Of a stretch of 44,192 nucleotides of DNA, positions 23,801-35,302 are shown piece by piece. Location: positions 1-44,192 of the forward strand of contig JWZX01002775.1 in assembly GCA_001275005.1 (NCBI GenBank), read 5' to 3'. The notes beneath the pieces are model-generated. The model did no database searches, was not told where the DNA came from, and was given only the letters and a program-made list of their open reading frames with translations. The position numbers and the translations under genes are program-made. This DNA comes from Chrysochromulina tobinii. Lineage: Eukaryota. Each line of letters begins with the position of its first letter. Position 1 is the first letter of the stretch.

Positions 23801-26800
23801 TCCGAGGTCATCAGAGGTCGTCAAAGGTCGTCAGAGGTGATCAGAGGTCGTCAGCGCACCTGCTCGCGTGAGAGCTCGGGTACGTCCTTCATCACTTGGT
23901 ACTGAGGGGGCGCGGTGCCGCCGGGGATGTCGGCGAGAGCGAGGAAGATGAGCTGGTCCTTGATGAGCAGCAGATTGCCGGTGATCGCGTCCTCGACCTT
24001 GTCCTCATGTGCCGTGACAAACTTGCAATACTTGATGCGATCGTCTTCGAAGGTGAAAGACGTTACCTCCGTCGGCACGGCCACGTGGTTGAACTGGTTG
24101 AGGTCATACCTGTGGGGAAGTGGAGGAGGTGGGGCGTCGTCGTGAGCACTCGCATGCATGCCCCCTATTCGATTGAGGTCATACCAAACTTGGGAGCCTG
24201 TCTTGCACTCTCGGGGCTCAATCGAGATCACATGGCGAGATCACATACCAAACTTGGGAGCCTGTCTTGCACTCCCGGGGCTTCACCGAGATCATATGGC
24301 GAGATCCCTCGTCGTACTCGAAGGCGCCGACCCAGTAGAGCACGGAGGCGTCGACGAGCTTCTTCTCGTGTAAGAGCAGCAGCTTCGTGTCGCGCGCATA
24401 GTGGGGGAAGGTTGTGTACACGACGTTGGCGGGCTGGATGTCGATGATCACCTCGCCCTTGACGCCGTCTTCTTTGCAGAAGGAATCGACGCGAGCGACG
24501 ATGCGGTCGTCCTGCAGGACGCGCTGGACGGTCGCGCATTGCCCTGAAGGAGCGCCCACCTATCAAAGGAGGAGAGGGGAGGTAATTAGGGAGGTAATTA
24601 GGGAGGCCATCAGAGATGCAATCAGGGGATGCACTCAGAGGCCATCAGCCCACCTTTCGAAGGATGACGCGAGCTCCAATCGAGGTTGAGTACGCTAGCC
24701 AAGGTAATCAGGGAGGTAATTAGGGAGGTAATTAGGGAGGTAATCACCTTTCGAAGGATGACGCGAGCTCCAATCGAGGTTGAGTACGCTAGCCAAGGCT
24801 GCACCACGATGGTGGCCACTTCCTTTCCCCACACGATCTCGAGCTCCAGAGATGCCGCCGACTGCCAGCCGTCGTTGCCGAGGTCGTACTCCTCGCAGAG
24901 GTACCATTCGTTTGGAAACTCGACCCGCTCGAGAAAGGGGGTGCTCAGCGCGTACGCGAGCTTCAGACGCCCAACCTGTGGGGTCCGGACGCCGTGGTGA
25001 GCACTTGCATGCAAGGCAGACATTCAGAGGCAATCAGCGCACTTGCATGCAAGGCAGGCAATCAGAGGCAATCAGAGGCAATCAGCACACCTTCTTCTTG
25101 CGATTCGACTTGAGGAGCATGCATGCAAGGCAGGCAATCAGAGGCAATCAGAGGCAATCAGAGGCAATCAGCACACCTTCTTCTTGCGGTTCGACTTGAG
25201 GAGCAGATCGAACGAGACCTCAAGGGGAAGCTTCTCGAATGGGTGCTCCTTACCGGTCCAGCTGGTGACCGCGAAGGGCGCATTGAAGCAGTTGAAGACC
25301 ATCTTGAGGGTCGCCGGCTCGGTGACGACGGCATGCCGCGAGGTGGTCGGACCTGTGGGGAAGAGGGGGCGCCGTGGTGAGCACATGCATGCTCGGACGG
25401 GAGCGGCGCGAGGAGGTCGGACCGTCCTGGTCGCCAAACTTGGGACGCTTGCCCGCCACGGCGCTTGGGAGGCCTTCGCCGTCCTTGCGGCGCTTGATGA
25501 CGCTCGCGCCCTGACAGGGGAGGGGGTGGGGCGCCGTGGTGAGCACCGGGAGAGGCAGTGCTTGCGCTTTGGTCGCCTGCGACGACGCGGTCGAGGCGCA
25601 CCTTTCCCGCCTTTCCCGAGTGGCAATCAGGGGCAGTCAGTGGCCATCAGTGGGGCACTCGTGCATGCAATCCGCGGGCGCACACCTTTCCCGCCTTGCC
25701 CGAGAGGACGCGCATCAGGCTGTTGGCCGTGTGGACCGCGAGATTGAACGAGATCGGGAGCGGAGTGGCGGGTACGAGCAAGGTCTGGTCTTCTTCGCCC
25801 TTGGCCTTGCCTGGAATCTTGGTGACGATCCAGCCGTACGCGCTCGCCACGACGCCATCCTTGGAGATCAGCGCCTTCTCGGTGCCGTCGGCGAGCACGA
25901 TCGTCTCCATGATGCGCACGGACGTATCCTTGGGCACCTCCCCGATCTTGGTCGCTTCGGAGCCGTCCTCCCTGCCGGTCGACTCGCGCACCACGCACGA
26001 CTTGATCGTCTTCATCAGTGGGAATCCGCGGGAGGCGAGCTTGAGCGTCTCGATCTCGTCGCGCGAGATGCCGGTCACCCAGCCGAGCGGCTCCTGATCT
26101 CCGTCGAGCTCGATGTGCATGCGCGTCTCGTTCACCTGACGAAACCAAGAGGGCCTCGCAATCAGAGGTCATCAGAGGTCATCAGAGGTCATCAGAGGTC
26201 ATCAGAGGTCATCACCGGTTTCGTCATCAACTTCTCCTTGAACGAGAGCATCTCCTTCGCGCCCACGCGCACGAGCGAGCCGGGAAGGATCTTGTGGCAT
26301 GTTTCGACCAGCGCCGAGTCGTGCGTCGGCCCTTGACGAACCTGGAGGGTCGACATGGCCACCATCAACGCTCATCAAGGCTCATCAATGACAATCAGTG
26401 CTCATCAGGGCGTCGGCCCTTGACGAACCTGGAGGGTCGACATGGCCACCATCAACGGCGACTGCGCAAACGGCGAGATCGTCTCCTCGACGACGACCTT
26501 CTCGACCTGTGGGGAGAGCGCACGCGCGCCGTGCTGAGCGCTTGCATGCGGGGCAGGCCATCCGCATGCAATCGGAGCGTACCTTCTTCTTGACCTTCTT
26601 CGACTGGCCGTAGCTGCCATACCCACTCGAGCCCTTCTCCTTGGCGGCGGCCGCCTCCGCCGCCGCCGCGGCCGCCGCGGCCTCCGCCTCCGCCTTCTTG
26701 CTCTTCGTCGCTTCGGGCTTCTTCTTGGTCGTCTTCTTCGCCTCGTTCGCGCGGTCCGAGACGATCCTCGTCGGACCTGCCATATTAGGGAGACGCAATT

Positions 26801-29800
26801 CGGGCTCCTCAGTCGCAATCAAGAGGCCATACGAGAGGAGCCAGGGAGGTCTCGCGTTCCTTTCATCCGCGGCGTCGGACCTTCTCCCGTCGCCTGGTCT
26901 GGCGCCCCCTCCCCTGTGAACGCCTCTGTGAACGCCTCTGTGAACGCCTCTGTAAAAGCCTCCTCCGCCGGTGCCGCCGCGTCAACGGCCACCTGGCTGA
27001 TGGCCGCGCTCATCACCGCCGCTGAACTGTCAGTGCTCGGCTTTCGCGCGATGATCGGGGAGGGCGCCGTCCCGGGCGCCGTCACACTCGAAGGGGCCGC
27101 TCGCTTTCGGACGAAGGTTTCGTCAGCGTTGGCGTTGGACATGGCCACGGCCATCGCCTCCGCAGCGGCCGCGGCCTTCGCCTCCGCGGCCTCCTCGGCC
27201 GCCGCGGACGAAACGGTCACCACCGCCGCAGCCGCGAGCGCTGCCGTGAGCGCTGCAGCCTCGATGGACGCGACTGGCGCCGTGTCGAGGTCGGCCACCT
27301 TTTGCGAATTCGCATCGAGCGCATTAAAGAGCTTCTCATCGTCGGCCAGGCGCACCTGATGAGGGAGGCAATCAGACGCAATCAGAAGACGCAATCAGAC
27401 GCAATCAGACGCAATCATAGTCGGCCAGGCGCACCTGATGAGGGAGGCCATCAGACGCAATCAGACGCAATCAGACGCAATCATCGTCGGCCAGGCGCAC
27501 CTGATGAGGGAGGCAATCAGACGCAATCAGACGCAATCAGACGCAATCATCGGCGGCCAGGCGCACCTGATGAGGGAGGCCATCAGACGCAATCAGACGC
27601 AATCAGACGGAATCAGACGCAATCATCGTCGGCCAGGCGCACCTGCAAAAAGCGGGAGGCACTCACGGCTCATCAGTAGTCATCAACCGGCCATCATGAA
27701 GCTTCTCATCATCCACAAGGCGCGCACGACGATGAACTTCTCCTTGCGAAACAATCAGTCGCAATCAGAGCTCATCAGTGGCGCACGTGATTCCCAGGCC
27801 CGAGGATGAACTTCTCCTTCCGAAACAATCAGTCGCAATCAGAGCTCATCAGTGGCGCACGTGATTCCCAGGCCCGAGGATGAACTTTTCCTTCCGAAAC
27901 GTGAGAGGGCCCTTGGCCGCATTGATCGCCTTGATGAGGAGATCGACCGCCGCGGAGGTGTACGTGCCACGGATCGCCGCCTCACCTGCGACTCAATCAG
28001 ACGCAATCAGACGCACTCAGACTCAATTAGACGCAATTAGAAGCAATCAGGTGTACGAGCCACGGATCGCCGCCACCGCTCCGACCCGACCTTTCCACAG
28101 CCCACACCTGATGAGGGAGGCAATCAGCATGCAATCACGATCGCGGCCTCACCTCCAACCCGATCTTTCCACAGCCCGCACAGCTCATTCTCGTGCAGCT
28201 TGAGATCGGTCACTGACGAGCCCTCCATCACGTTCGTGAGCGCTTGGATGGCTGTGGAAGGGGGGAAGCAGTGGCCATCAGAGGTCAACAGAGGCCATCA
28301 GAGGCCATCAGAGGTCATCAGAGGTCATCAGAGGCCATCAGAGGCCATCAGAGGCCATCGGAGGTCATCAGAGGTCATCAGTCCACCTGCTGGCGACCAG
28401 ACGAGGTCGGCTTGCTTGTGCTTGGGCGAGCAGTCACACAGGTTGGTGCCCGAGAGATCCAGTGTGCGTAGGGGCCGGTGGGCCAGCAGTGCCGTGATGA
28501 CCTGCAGCGCAATCAGGCGCAGTCAGACGAAGTCAGACGCAGTCAAGCACAGTCAGGCGCAGTCAGACGCAATCCACGAGAGCCCATCCTGTGATTACCT
28601 TTGCGCCGGCCTCCGAGCCGAGATTGTTATGCGCTAATGAGCAGCTCGTCATCGCGACAAGGGCCGGCAGGGCCGGTGGCAGCGCCGTCGCGAATGCGCG
28701 CCCAAGCTGGTTGTGCGATAGGTCGAGAGACATGAGCATGAGGCTCTTGCCCTCGCGCAGCTGCCAAATTAGGGAGGCGTTTGCCAAATTAGGGAGGCGT
28801 TCGCCGAATGGGAGACCGTTTCGAAATCGGTTAGGCGTCCAGAGGCACTCGGGGGCGCAATCCGACGCAATCAGACGCAATCAGGCGCCATCAGACGCAG
28901 TCAGACGCAATGAGACGCACCGTCGGGCTAGGACAGCCGAGTTGGGTGATGAAGATGGCGGCGGCCGTGTCAGCGACGCCTGAGCTCGATAGCACGAGAT
29001 TCCGGAGGCCGCCGCCCAGAGTGATGACGTTGGCGAGGTGGCCGATCTCGTCCTCCTTGGCATCCCCACAGCTGAGGCGCGAGAGATCGAGGTCCGCGAG
29101 CGAAGACGTTCCCTCGCGCAGGCACGCTTGGCAAAAGGTCACCATCGACGACGCGTGCAGCGTGTGGTTGCCGCCCAGGTTGAGTTTCGTCAAGACGCCC
29201 TTCGTCTGCGCGAGCTGCCGGCCGAGGTCGGCGATCTCGTCCGGCGAGATCATGTTATCGCGCAGATCGAGGGACGTGATCTCCGGCACAAGCAGCCCCA
29301 CCGCCCGTAGCGACGTCTGCCGATGGCCCCCGATGAGCGCGCGCAGGTTGATGGCGCTCTTACCGGTCGCAACCGACGCCTTGTGAAGCCCCTTCGAAAA
29401 GGCCTTGCCCATCTTCGCGCCCTCGCTCAACACGGCGCCCCAGCGCTCGGGCCAGCGCCAGGGAGACGCAGCCTCGGGGGGGAGCGCGCACAGGCCCTTG
29501 CACAGGACACGCGTCACGAGCGACACGAGCACCTTTTCGTTCTTCGCCCGGATCACAAGCGGTGCGGAGGAGACGAGGCTGACGACGGGCAGCTCGCCCG
29601 ACTTGACCAGCTGGGTCACCTGATGAGGGAGGCAATCAGACTCAATCAGACGCAATCAGACGCAATCAGACGCAATCAGACGCAATCAGCCCGACTTGAC
29701 CAGCTGGGTCACCTTGCCGACCTCGTCACGCACCACCTTGGGCAGCCGCTCGAACTCCTTGACCACCTGATGAGCGAGGCCATCAGGCGGCATCAGCGGC

Positions 29801-31499
29801 CATCAGCGGTCATTATCGGTCATCAGCGGCCATCAGCGGTCATCAGCGGTCATCATCGGTCATCATCGGTCATCATCGGTCATCAGAGGTCATCAGAGGT
29901 CATCAGAGGTCATCAGACGTCATCAGAGGTCATCAGACCACCTTGATCGCGCGCAGCTCGCCCGGGGCATCGCGCCAGAATTGCTCGATCTTATTGGGGC
30001 CGGAGAGGGCGATTGCGGCGGCCTGGAGCTCAGCGGTCGAGATTGCGTCCGCGCCCTGCGCGAAGCTGATGAACATGGCCACCTCGATGAGCTCCTGCAG
30101 CAAGGACGGCAGGCCGCTGAACGCGGTGAGCGCCGAGTCCTGTTTGAGGAGGAGAGGAGCGTCGTGGTGAGCGCGTGCATGCACGGCAGGTCATCAGTGG
30201 CAATCAACGTGCCTGCTTATCCTGCTCGAGCTCCGAGGGAGATCGGATCACGATACCAATCAGGCGCAATCAGGCGCAATCAACGTGCCTGCTTATCCTG
30301 CTCGAGCTCGAGCGCCTCGACCGCCGCCTCCTCTGCCGCCGTGAGAGCCACCTGCCAAGTTTGGGTAGCGATCAGAGGCTGATGAGATCAGCAATCAGAG
30401 GCTGATGAGGGCAGCAATCATCTCGACGAGAGCGACCTCCTCCTCCACTGATGAGATCAGCAATCAGAGGCTGATGAGATCAGCAATCAGAGGCTGATGA
30501 GATCAGCAATCAGGGGCTGATGAGGGCAGCAATTACCTCGACGAGAGCCACCTCCTCCTCCACCGGCGGCGGAGGAGGCGGGGCGTTCTTGACGAACTCC
30601 TGGAATTCGTCAAAGCTCAGATGGCCATCGCCATCGGCGTCGAAGTCTCGAAACATCTCCATGGATGAATCCGTGTCCATTTCACGTGGCGGGGGCGGCG
30701 GCTCCACCTCCTCCTCCTCTGCCGCCGCTGGCGGCGGCGGCGGAGGGGCCTCATCCCAGGGGGCCTCCGCTGCTGCCTCGGCTGCCTCGGCCTCCGCTGC
30801 TGCCTCGGCCTCCGCTGCTGCCTCGGCTGCCTCGGCTGCCTCGGCCTCCGCTGCTGCCTCGGCTGCCTCGGCCTCCGCGGCTGCCTCGGCCTCCGCTGCT
30901 GCCTCGGCTGCCTCGACCTCCGCCGCTGCTGCCTCGGCCTCGTAGATGGAGTCCGCAGTCTCGTCTGGCACCGGTTCCTCAACCACCGCCTCTACAACCG
31001 CCGCCTCCTCAACCGCCGCCGCCTCCTCAACCGCCGCCTCCTCAACCGCCGCCGCCTCCTCGACTGCCGCATTGAATGGAGCTGGTTCTTCGACAGTCTC
31101 TGACGACGCTCCTTCCTCCTCAGCGGCCAATTCATCGAGCGCCTCCTCGAGCGCCGGGGGCTCATCGTGGAATGACGGCGGCTGCTCCAGACCCTGCTCG
31201 ACCAGGTTGGAGGAGGAGGATGGCGCCGGAGCTTCTGCGATCGAAGACATCGAATCGCGGTGGCTCAGCTGCGAAGCCTTGGCTTTGGCTTTCGGCTTGT
31301 CCGTGCGGGCCGACTTATCCCGGTGGGACAGGGGCCCGCTTTGCTTGCGATCGCTGTGCTGGCCCGAGGGCAAATCGCCCCTGTGCGACGACTGGGATTT
31401 GCCACTCCGGTGCGATGCCTGGGATCTGCCGGTGGTCTTGTCGGTCGATTTTCCGTCATTTGGTGCGAGCTTGGGCAGTGCGGGCGGTTTCTTGCTCAT
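8834..31499 (-). CDS. Giant multi-exon NLR-like (NACHT-LRR) protein
   Basis: ATG at 31499 (MSKKPPALP). EF-hand DFDADGDGHLSFDEF (~30600-30650); RI-type LRRs ~27.9-29.3 kb; Walker A GPGTGKT 23673-23693; Walker B LVVLVDGVDE; sensor VTSRPE; HD1-like PVLLSML..LPDTRLQLY; winged-helix FKHLSFQE (~18300); long LRR block ~13.4-18 kb; terminal LRRs and TGA at 8834. Junctions checked by hand join in frame, but not every junction was verified, so a split into more than one gene cannot be excluded. Confidence 0.75.
9871..10080. repeat. Intronic 10-bp tandem array (AGGGCTCCTC/AGGGCTCATC)n
   Basis: About 20 units directly visible between two exons of the NLR-like gene. Confidence 0.9.
18866..19090. repeat. 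Intronic 10-bp tandem array (GAGGCAATGA)n
   Basis: About 20 units directly visible; source of the LPLIASHCLS shadow ORFs. Confidence 0.92.
21560..21700. repeat. Intronic 10-bp tandem array (GAGATGCAAT)n
   Basis: Directly visible array. Confidence 0.9.
22146..22269 (-). repeat. Intron made of degenerate telomere-like (CCCTAA/CCCTAG) hexamers
   Basis: Minus strand reads gtaaccctagccctaagcccaaccctagccctag...ccctaacac...ccccacag. Confidence 0.7.
23005..23760 (-). other. NACHT nucleotide-binding subdomain exons of the NLR-like gene
   Basis: VLVRAGPGTGKTWMIKQ...LVPVIV...LVVLVDGVDEA...LMVTSRPEG. Confidence 0.85.
29620..29712 (-). mobile_element. Example intron = 26-bp AG|GT-containing duplication + (TGATTGCGTC)n + TGCCTCCCTCATCAG acceptor
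   Basis: gcccgacttgaccagctgggtcacct occurs at 29596-29621 and 29689-29714. Removing the 93 bp gives DEVGK|VTQLVKSGEL in frame. Confidence 0.8.
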
Positions 31500-31858
31500 G
31501 ATCGACGTGCGCCTACCCTGCGCCCTTCCTCGCACGTCCCACTTAGCCACCAGCCCGCGCGCAAGTGCTTTTTGGAAAGGTCAGGGCCTTCTTTCTTTTG
31601 GTCGCGACAAACAGCGGGGCCGCGCAGGAAAATGCACCATACTGGGCAAGTTCGTGGCTCGAAACGTTATTTTCGTCTTGCTCTTTTTTTAGTTTTGGTT
31701 CAAACAGGCATATGTACATGTACAGTAAAAGAGCAGTGGGTGATTACATGAAACCAACCTTCCTCAAGAGGTGAAGTGCGTCTAGAAAAAAGCGCCATCG
31801 TGAGCGCCTCGAGGCGCAACTCTTTCCAAAACACTTTTTCGCCTCGCGGTGCGCGCCA
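31500..31858. promoter_or_regulatory. Putative bidirectional promoter region between the NLR-like gene and bestrophin
   Basis: Short, locally AT-rich spacer between divergent start codons; no individual element identified. Confidence 0.5.
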
Positions 31859-32857
31859 ATGACCATCGCGTACGATGCTGGGGACCTCAACGAGCTGACC
31901 GTCTTGTTTCGGTGGCACGGCACGATTATCCCCAAGGTGCTGTGCCGGCCGGTGCTGTGGCTGCTGGTCGCGTCCCATGTGGGCTTCTTGTATATGCACA
32001 TGTACCGCGACGACATCACGTTGCCAACGCTCCCGTGGAAGCTCACAGCGGTGCCGACGGCCTTGCTCACCTTCTTCATCGTCTTCTACTCCAGCAACTG
32101 CTACAACCGCTACTACACCTTCTACTCCAAGTGCACGGGCATGTCCGCCGCGGTCATGTGCTGGGTCGGCCTGCTGCGCGTTCACTTCCCGAAGGCGAGC
32201 CCGGAGATCCTGTGGAACTTGTGCCGGCACATGGTCGCGAGCGTGTACATGCTCTACTTCCAGCTGGCAGGGGGCGCGAGCGACGGCGGCAAGCAGGTGA
32301 CCGAGAGCGAGTGGCAGGTGCTCCTCCAGACTGGTTTGCTATCCCCGGAGGAGAAGAAGAAGCTCGCCGAGTACCGTGGCTTCAAGCCCTTCCTGTTGCA
32401 GGTCTGGGCGATGCGCGCGCTCTCAGACCACATCGCTGTGGACAAGGACAAGGGCCCGAACGCCAACCTCGGCCCCTTTCAGACGCAGGCGCTCGCCGCG
32501 CGCGGCTGCTGCGCCGACATTGTCAACACGATGACGCAGCCTGTGCCCTTCCCGTACTACCACACTCTCACCCTGATGCTCTCGCTCAATCTCCTGATGA
32601 TCTCGTACTCGCTGCTCGAGTTCGAGACGACGATGACGGTCCCGGTCTTCTTCATCATCGTCTTCGTCCTCCTCGGCCTCAAGGAGACGGCCGTCGTGCT
32701 CGCCGACCCCTTCGGTGGCAACGACGTCGACTTCGAGACCGAGGTCTACATGGCCAACATGCTCGCGAACTCGAAGGCGCTCATCTCACCGTCGGCGGAC
32801 TACGTGCCGCAGACGCTGCCGCTCGCTGTTGTGAAGGCGTCGCCCACAAAGAAATGA
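31859..32857 (+). CDS. Bestrophin-family anion channel
   Basis: LFRWHGTI, FFIVFYSSNCYNRY, QPVPFPYYH and LADPFGGNDVDF motifs; several hydrophobic helices; intronless. Confidence 0.9.
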   Translation: MTIAYDAGDLNELTVLFRWHGTIIPKVLCRPVLWLLVASHVGFLYMHMYRDDITLPTLPWKLTAVPTALLTFFIVFYSSNCYNRYYTFYSKCTGMSAAVMCWVGLLRVHFPKASPEILWNLCRHMVASVYMLYFQLAGGASDGGKQVTESEWQVLLQTGLLSPEEKKKLAEYRGFKPFLLQVWAMRALSDHIAVDKDKGPNANLGPFQTQALAARGCCADIVNTMTQPVPFPYYHTLTLMLSLNLLMISYSLLEFETTMTVPVFFIIVFVLLGLKETAVVLADPFGGNDVDFETEVYMANMLANSKALISPSADYVPQTLPLAVVKASPTKK

Positions 32858-34047
32858 GCTGTGAAGGCGTCGCCGCCCTATTTTGGACTGGCATCGTGAC
32901 CTAATTAGGCAAGTCGGATGGCCAACTCTGTGGCCTCGTAGCACGCGGCGGAGGGCTTGGGAGTCGCTTTCGCAGCCGGCGGCGACGCCTTGGGCACCGT
33001 GTTGGGCGCTGGGCCCATGCCACCCGTTGAGCCATCCATGGTGGCGGCATCCAGTGCGCAACCCGCAGAAGGCCTGGGCAGAGTGGTCGATGGTGTAACC
33101 ACAAATGGTCGCTTCCACAAAGTGCAAAACCGTTGATGAATGTGCGCAGCGTGTGGGGGCGGGGGCCCTTGTGATGCAGCAGGCGGCAGCAAGAGTTGCA
33201 TGCAGGCGGCAGCGAGGGACGCATGGGCAGATGCGCGTGCCGCGCGACGTGGCGACGTGTCAAACGGTGAGCGCGGACCACGATCGACGATGCGCGGGTT
33301 GTGAAAGTTACTAACGAGTAACGTGTGCTCGTGTTGCTGTTGCATTTGCTGTTGGTATGCCGTGTGTCTCTGTTTGTGTATGCGCTCACTGCTTGGGCCA
33401 GCAGCCAGCACTTTGAGCTCTGCCCGAATAAAAGTTAAATATGAGTGCTCACGTGTCGCGTATGTGGATTGTTGCCCGCGTCGCGGATGACGGCGTCCTA
33501 GGCCGCTATCGCTAGAGGGACCGCGCTCCGCGGACGGCGACGGGACCTACACGATGCCGAGCCCGCGACAGCACGTCCGAAGGGCCCTCAAAGGGCCCGT
33601 TAGTCAAAGGAGAAAGCACCCACGCTGCCACCGAAGGCGGTAATGAATGCGGGCCGGGCCAGGGGCCACAGCGCGCATAAGCTCGTCCGGCCTCCATGAT
33701 GAGGGATGCAATCATCGGTCATACGAAGTCATCAGAGGCCCCGCACAAGCTCGTCCGGCCTCCGCGCTGTGGCGCCGCCCACACCTCACTGAGTGGCAGA
33801 CACTGTCGCCAAGTGCTTTCGCCGCTGCTCACCACCCTTCCCCACAGCACCGAGAGAGAGAGAGAGAGCGGCATGGGGAGAGTGGCACAGCCGCGAGCCA
33901 TGTCACCGAGGCGGCCTCGCCATCCACGTCGGCATGCAAGTGCTCACCAAGACGCCCTCTCCTCTCCCCACAGCCACGAGCCATGAGCCGAGCTACCTCA
34001 GCCATCGAGCCTCACCTAACGCAGAACTCAAACGCGCCAAAGCCGAG

Positions 34048-34827
34048 TCAAGCTGCTGGATGCTCACGCAGCCATGTGGCTGCTTCCTCCTTTGCGTCGT
34101 CGGTGCAATCATCGATCGCGGCGCTCGCCACCATCGAGAAGTAGCGGCGCGCCATCTTCTCGTCCTTCGGGAAGCCCAAGTGGCGCTTAGTGTATGCGCG
34201 TCCCAGATTGTAGCACGCGGAATTGCTGCCGCGTCCGGCGGCCTCGCCCAGCAGCATAGAACCACGCGCAAGGCACTTTGGCACGCCAACACCATGCAAG
34301 TAGCACCCTCCAAGGTTGCCAGTCCCACTTGCATGCCCAGCCTCGTGGCTCTTCTCGAACCACTCGAAAGCCTTGACCAAGTCCTTGGCGAGGCCCTTCT
34401 GACCAAGCCAGTACCATGCTCCCAGTATGCACATCGCCCAGCCATCACCAGCCTCGGCCTCACGCAGCTTCTCCGCCACCTCTTCCTCCTCCTGCAGCTT
34501 CAGCTTCCACGCGTCCAACTTGTCGCCCGTGAGAGCGCCCGAGGTGACCATCGCGCGGATCATGTTCTTGACCCGCAGCGCCGGCTGCAGCCTCGTGCCC
34601 ATCGCCAAGTTCGTCACCGGGCTCTTGTGCTGCTGCTTGAGCCACTCCTCGATGGCCGAGCGCTCGTACACGTTGCCGTCCTCCGCCGTGACGGGGTCGA
34701 CGGGCAGCGAGAAGGTGATGGGGCAGACGAGCTCGGCAAAGGCCTCCTCAGTGGCGCTCTTGTGTCGGCGCAGCTGCACCGTCTCGTCCTCGGCCTCGGC
34801 AGCCGCGCGGCCGCGCTTGGGCGGCAT
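34048..34827 (-). CDS. U-box + Sel1-repeat E3 ligase, copy 3
   Basis: Same architecture; intact ORF MPPKRGR...WLREHPAA*. Confidence 0.9.
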   Translation of the reverse strand: MPPKRGRAAAEAEDETVQLRRHKSATEEAFAELVCPITFSLPVDPVTAEDGNVYERSAIEEWLKQQHKSPVTNLAMGTRLQPALRVKNMIRAMVTSGALTGDKLDAWKLKLQEEEEVAEKLREAEAGDGWAMCILGAWYWLGQKGLAKDLVKAFEWFEKSHEAGHASGTGNLGGCYLHGVGVPKCLARGSMLLGEAAGRGSNSACYNLGRAYTKRHLGFPKDEKMARRYFSMVASAAIDDCTDDAKEEAATWLREHPAA

Positions 34828-35302
34828 CGCGACGCCGGTGGGCACAAGGAGGAAAGGCGGCACCACCCCTCGCCGCTCAACACGACGCTTTTGAACTTCC
34901 GCGCAAAACGACGCGGTCTACCGGGTATCGGCCCAAAACGCGCGCCGCAACGAGATCATTCCGATCCGCACACGAGCTCGATCTTCAAAGAAATTTATCT
35001 GGTCGGAACGCCCGTATCAACCCTCGTTGAGCTTGAGGCCGCGTCCGTCACGCGTCCCGTCCGGCAGGTCCTCCAAACACGCACCACCCCATTCACACCC
35101 CATTCACAGCCCACTCACAGCCCACTCACACCCCACCCGCCACCGCACCGCAAACGCGCAATACAGCCGATGGAACCCTCATCAGAGGCTCAGAGCGAGA
35201 GGACGCACACTAAAAGAGGGGCAACCACAAGGAACCACGAGCCGAGCTAGCGCAGCCACTGAAGCGTCATCTAGCGCAGCACTCAAACGTGCCCAAGCCG
35301 AG

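Noticed and set aside
32900..33420. Small genes downstream of bestrophin, and similar ORFs at 7777-8560
   Set aside because: No recognisable motifs, coding-like codon pattern or splice structure.
33793..35250. 485-aa plus-strand ORF and similar antisense ORFs over U-box copies
   Set aside because: GC-rich shadow frames of the U-box/Sel1 genes.
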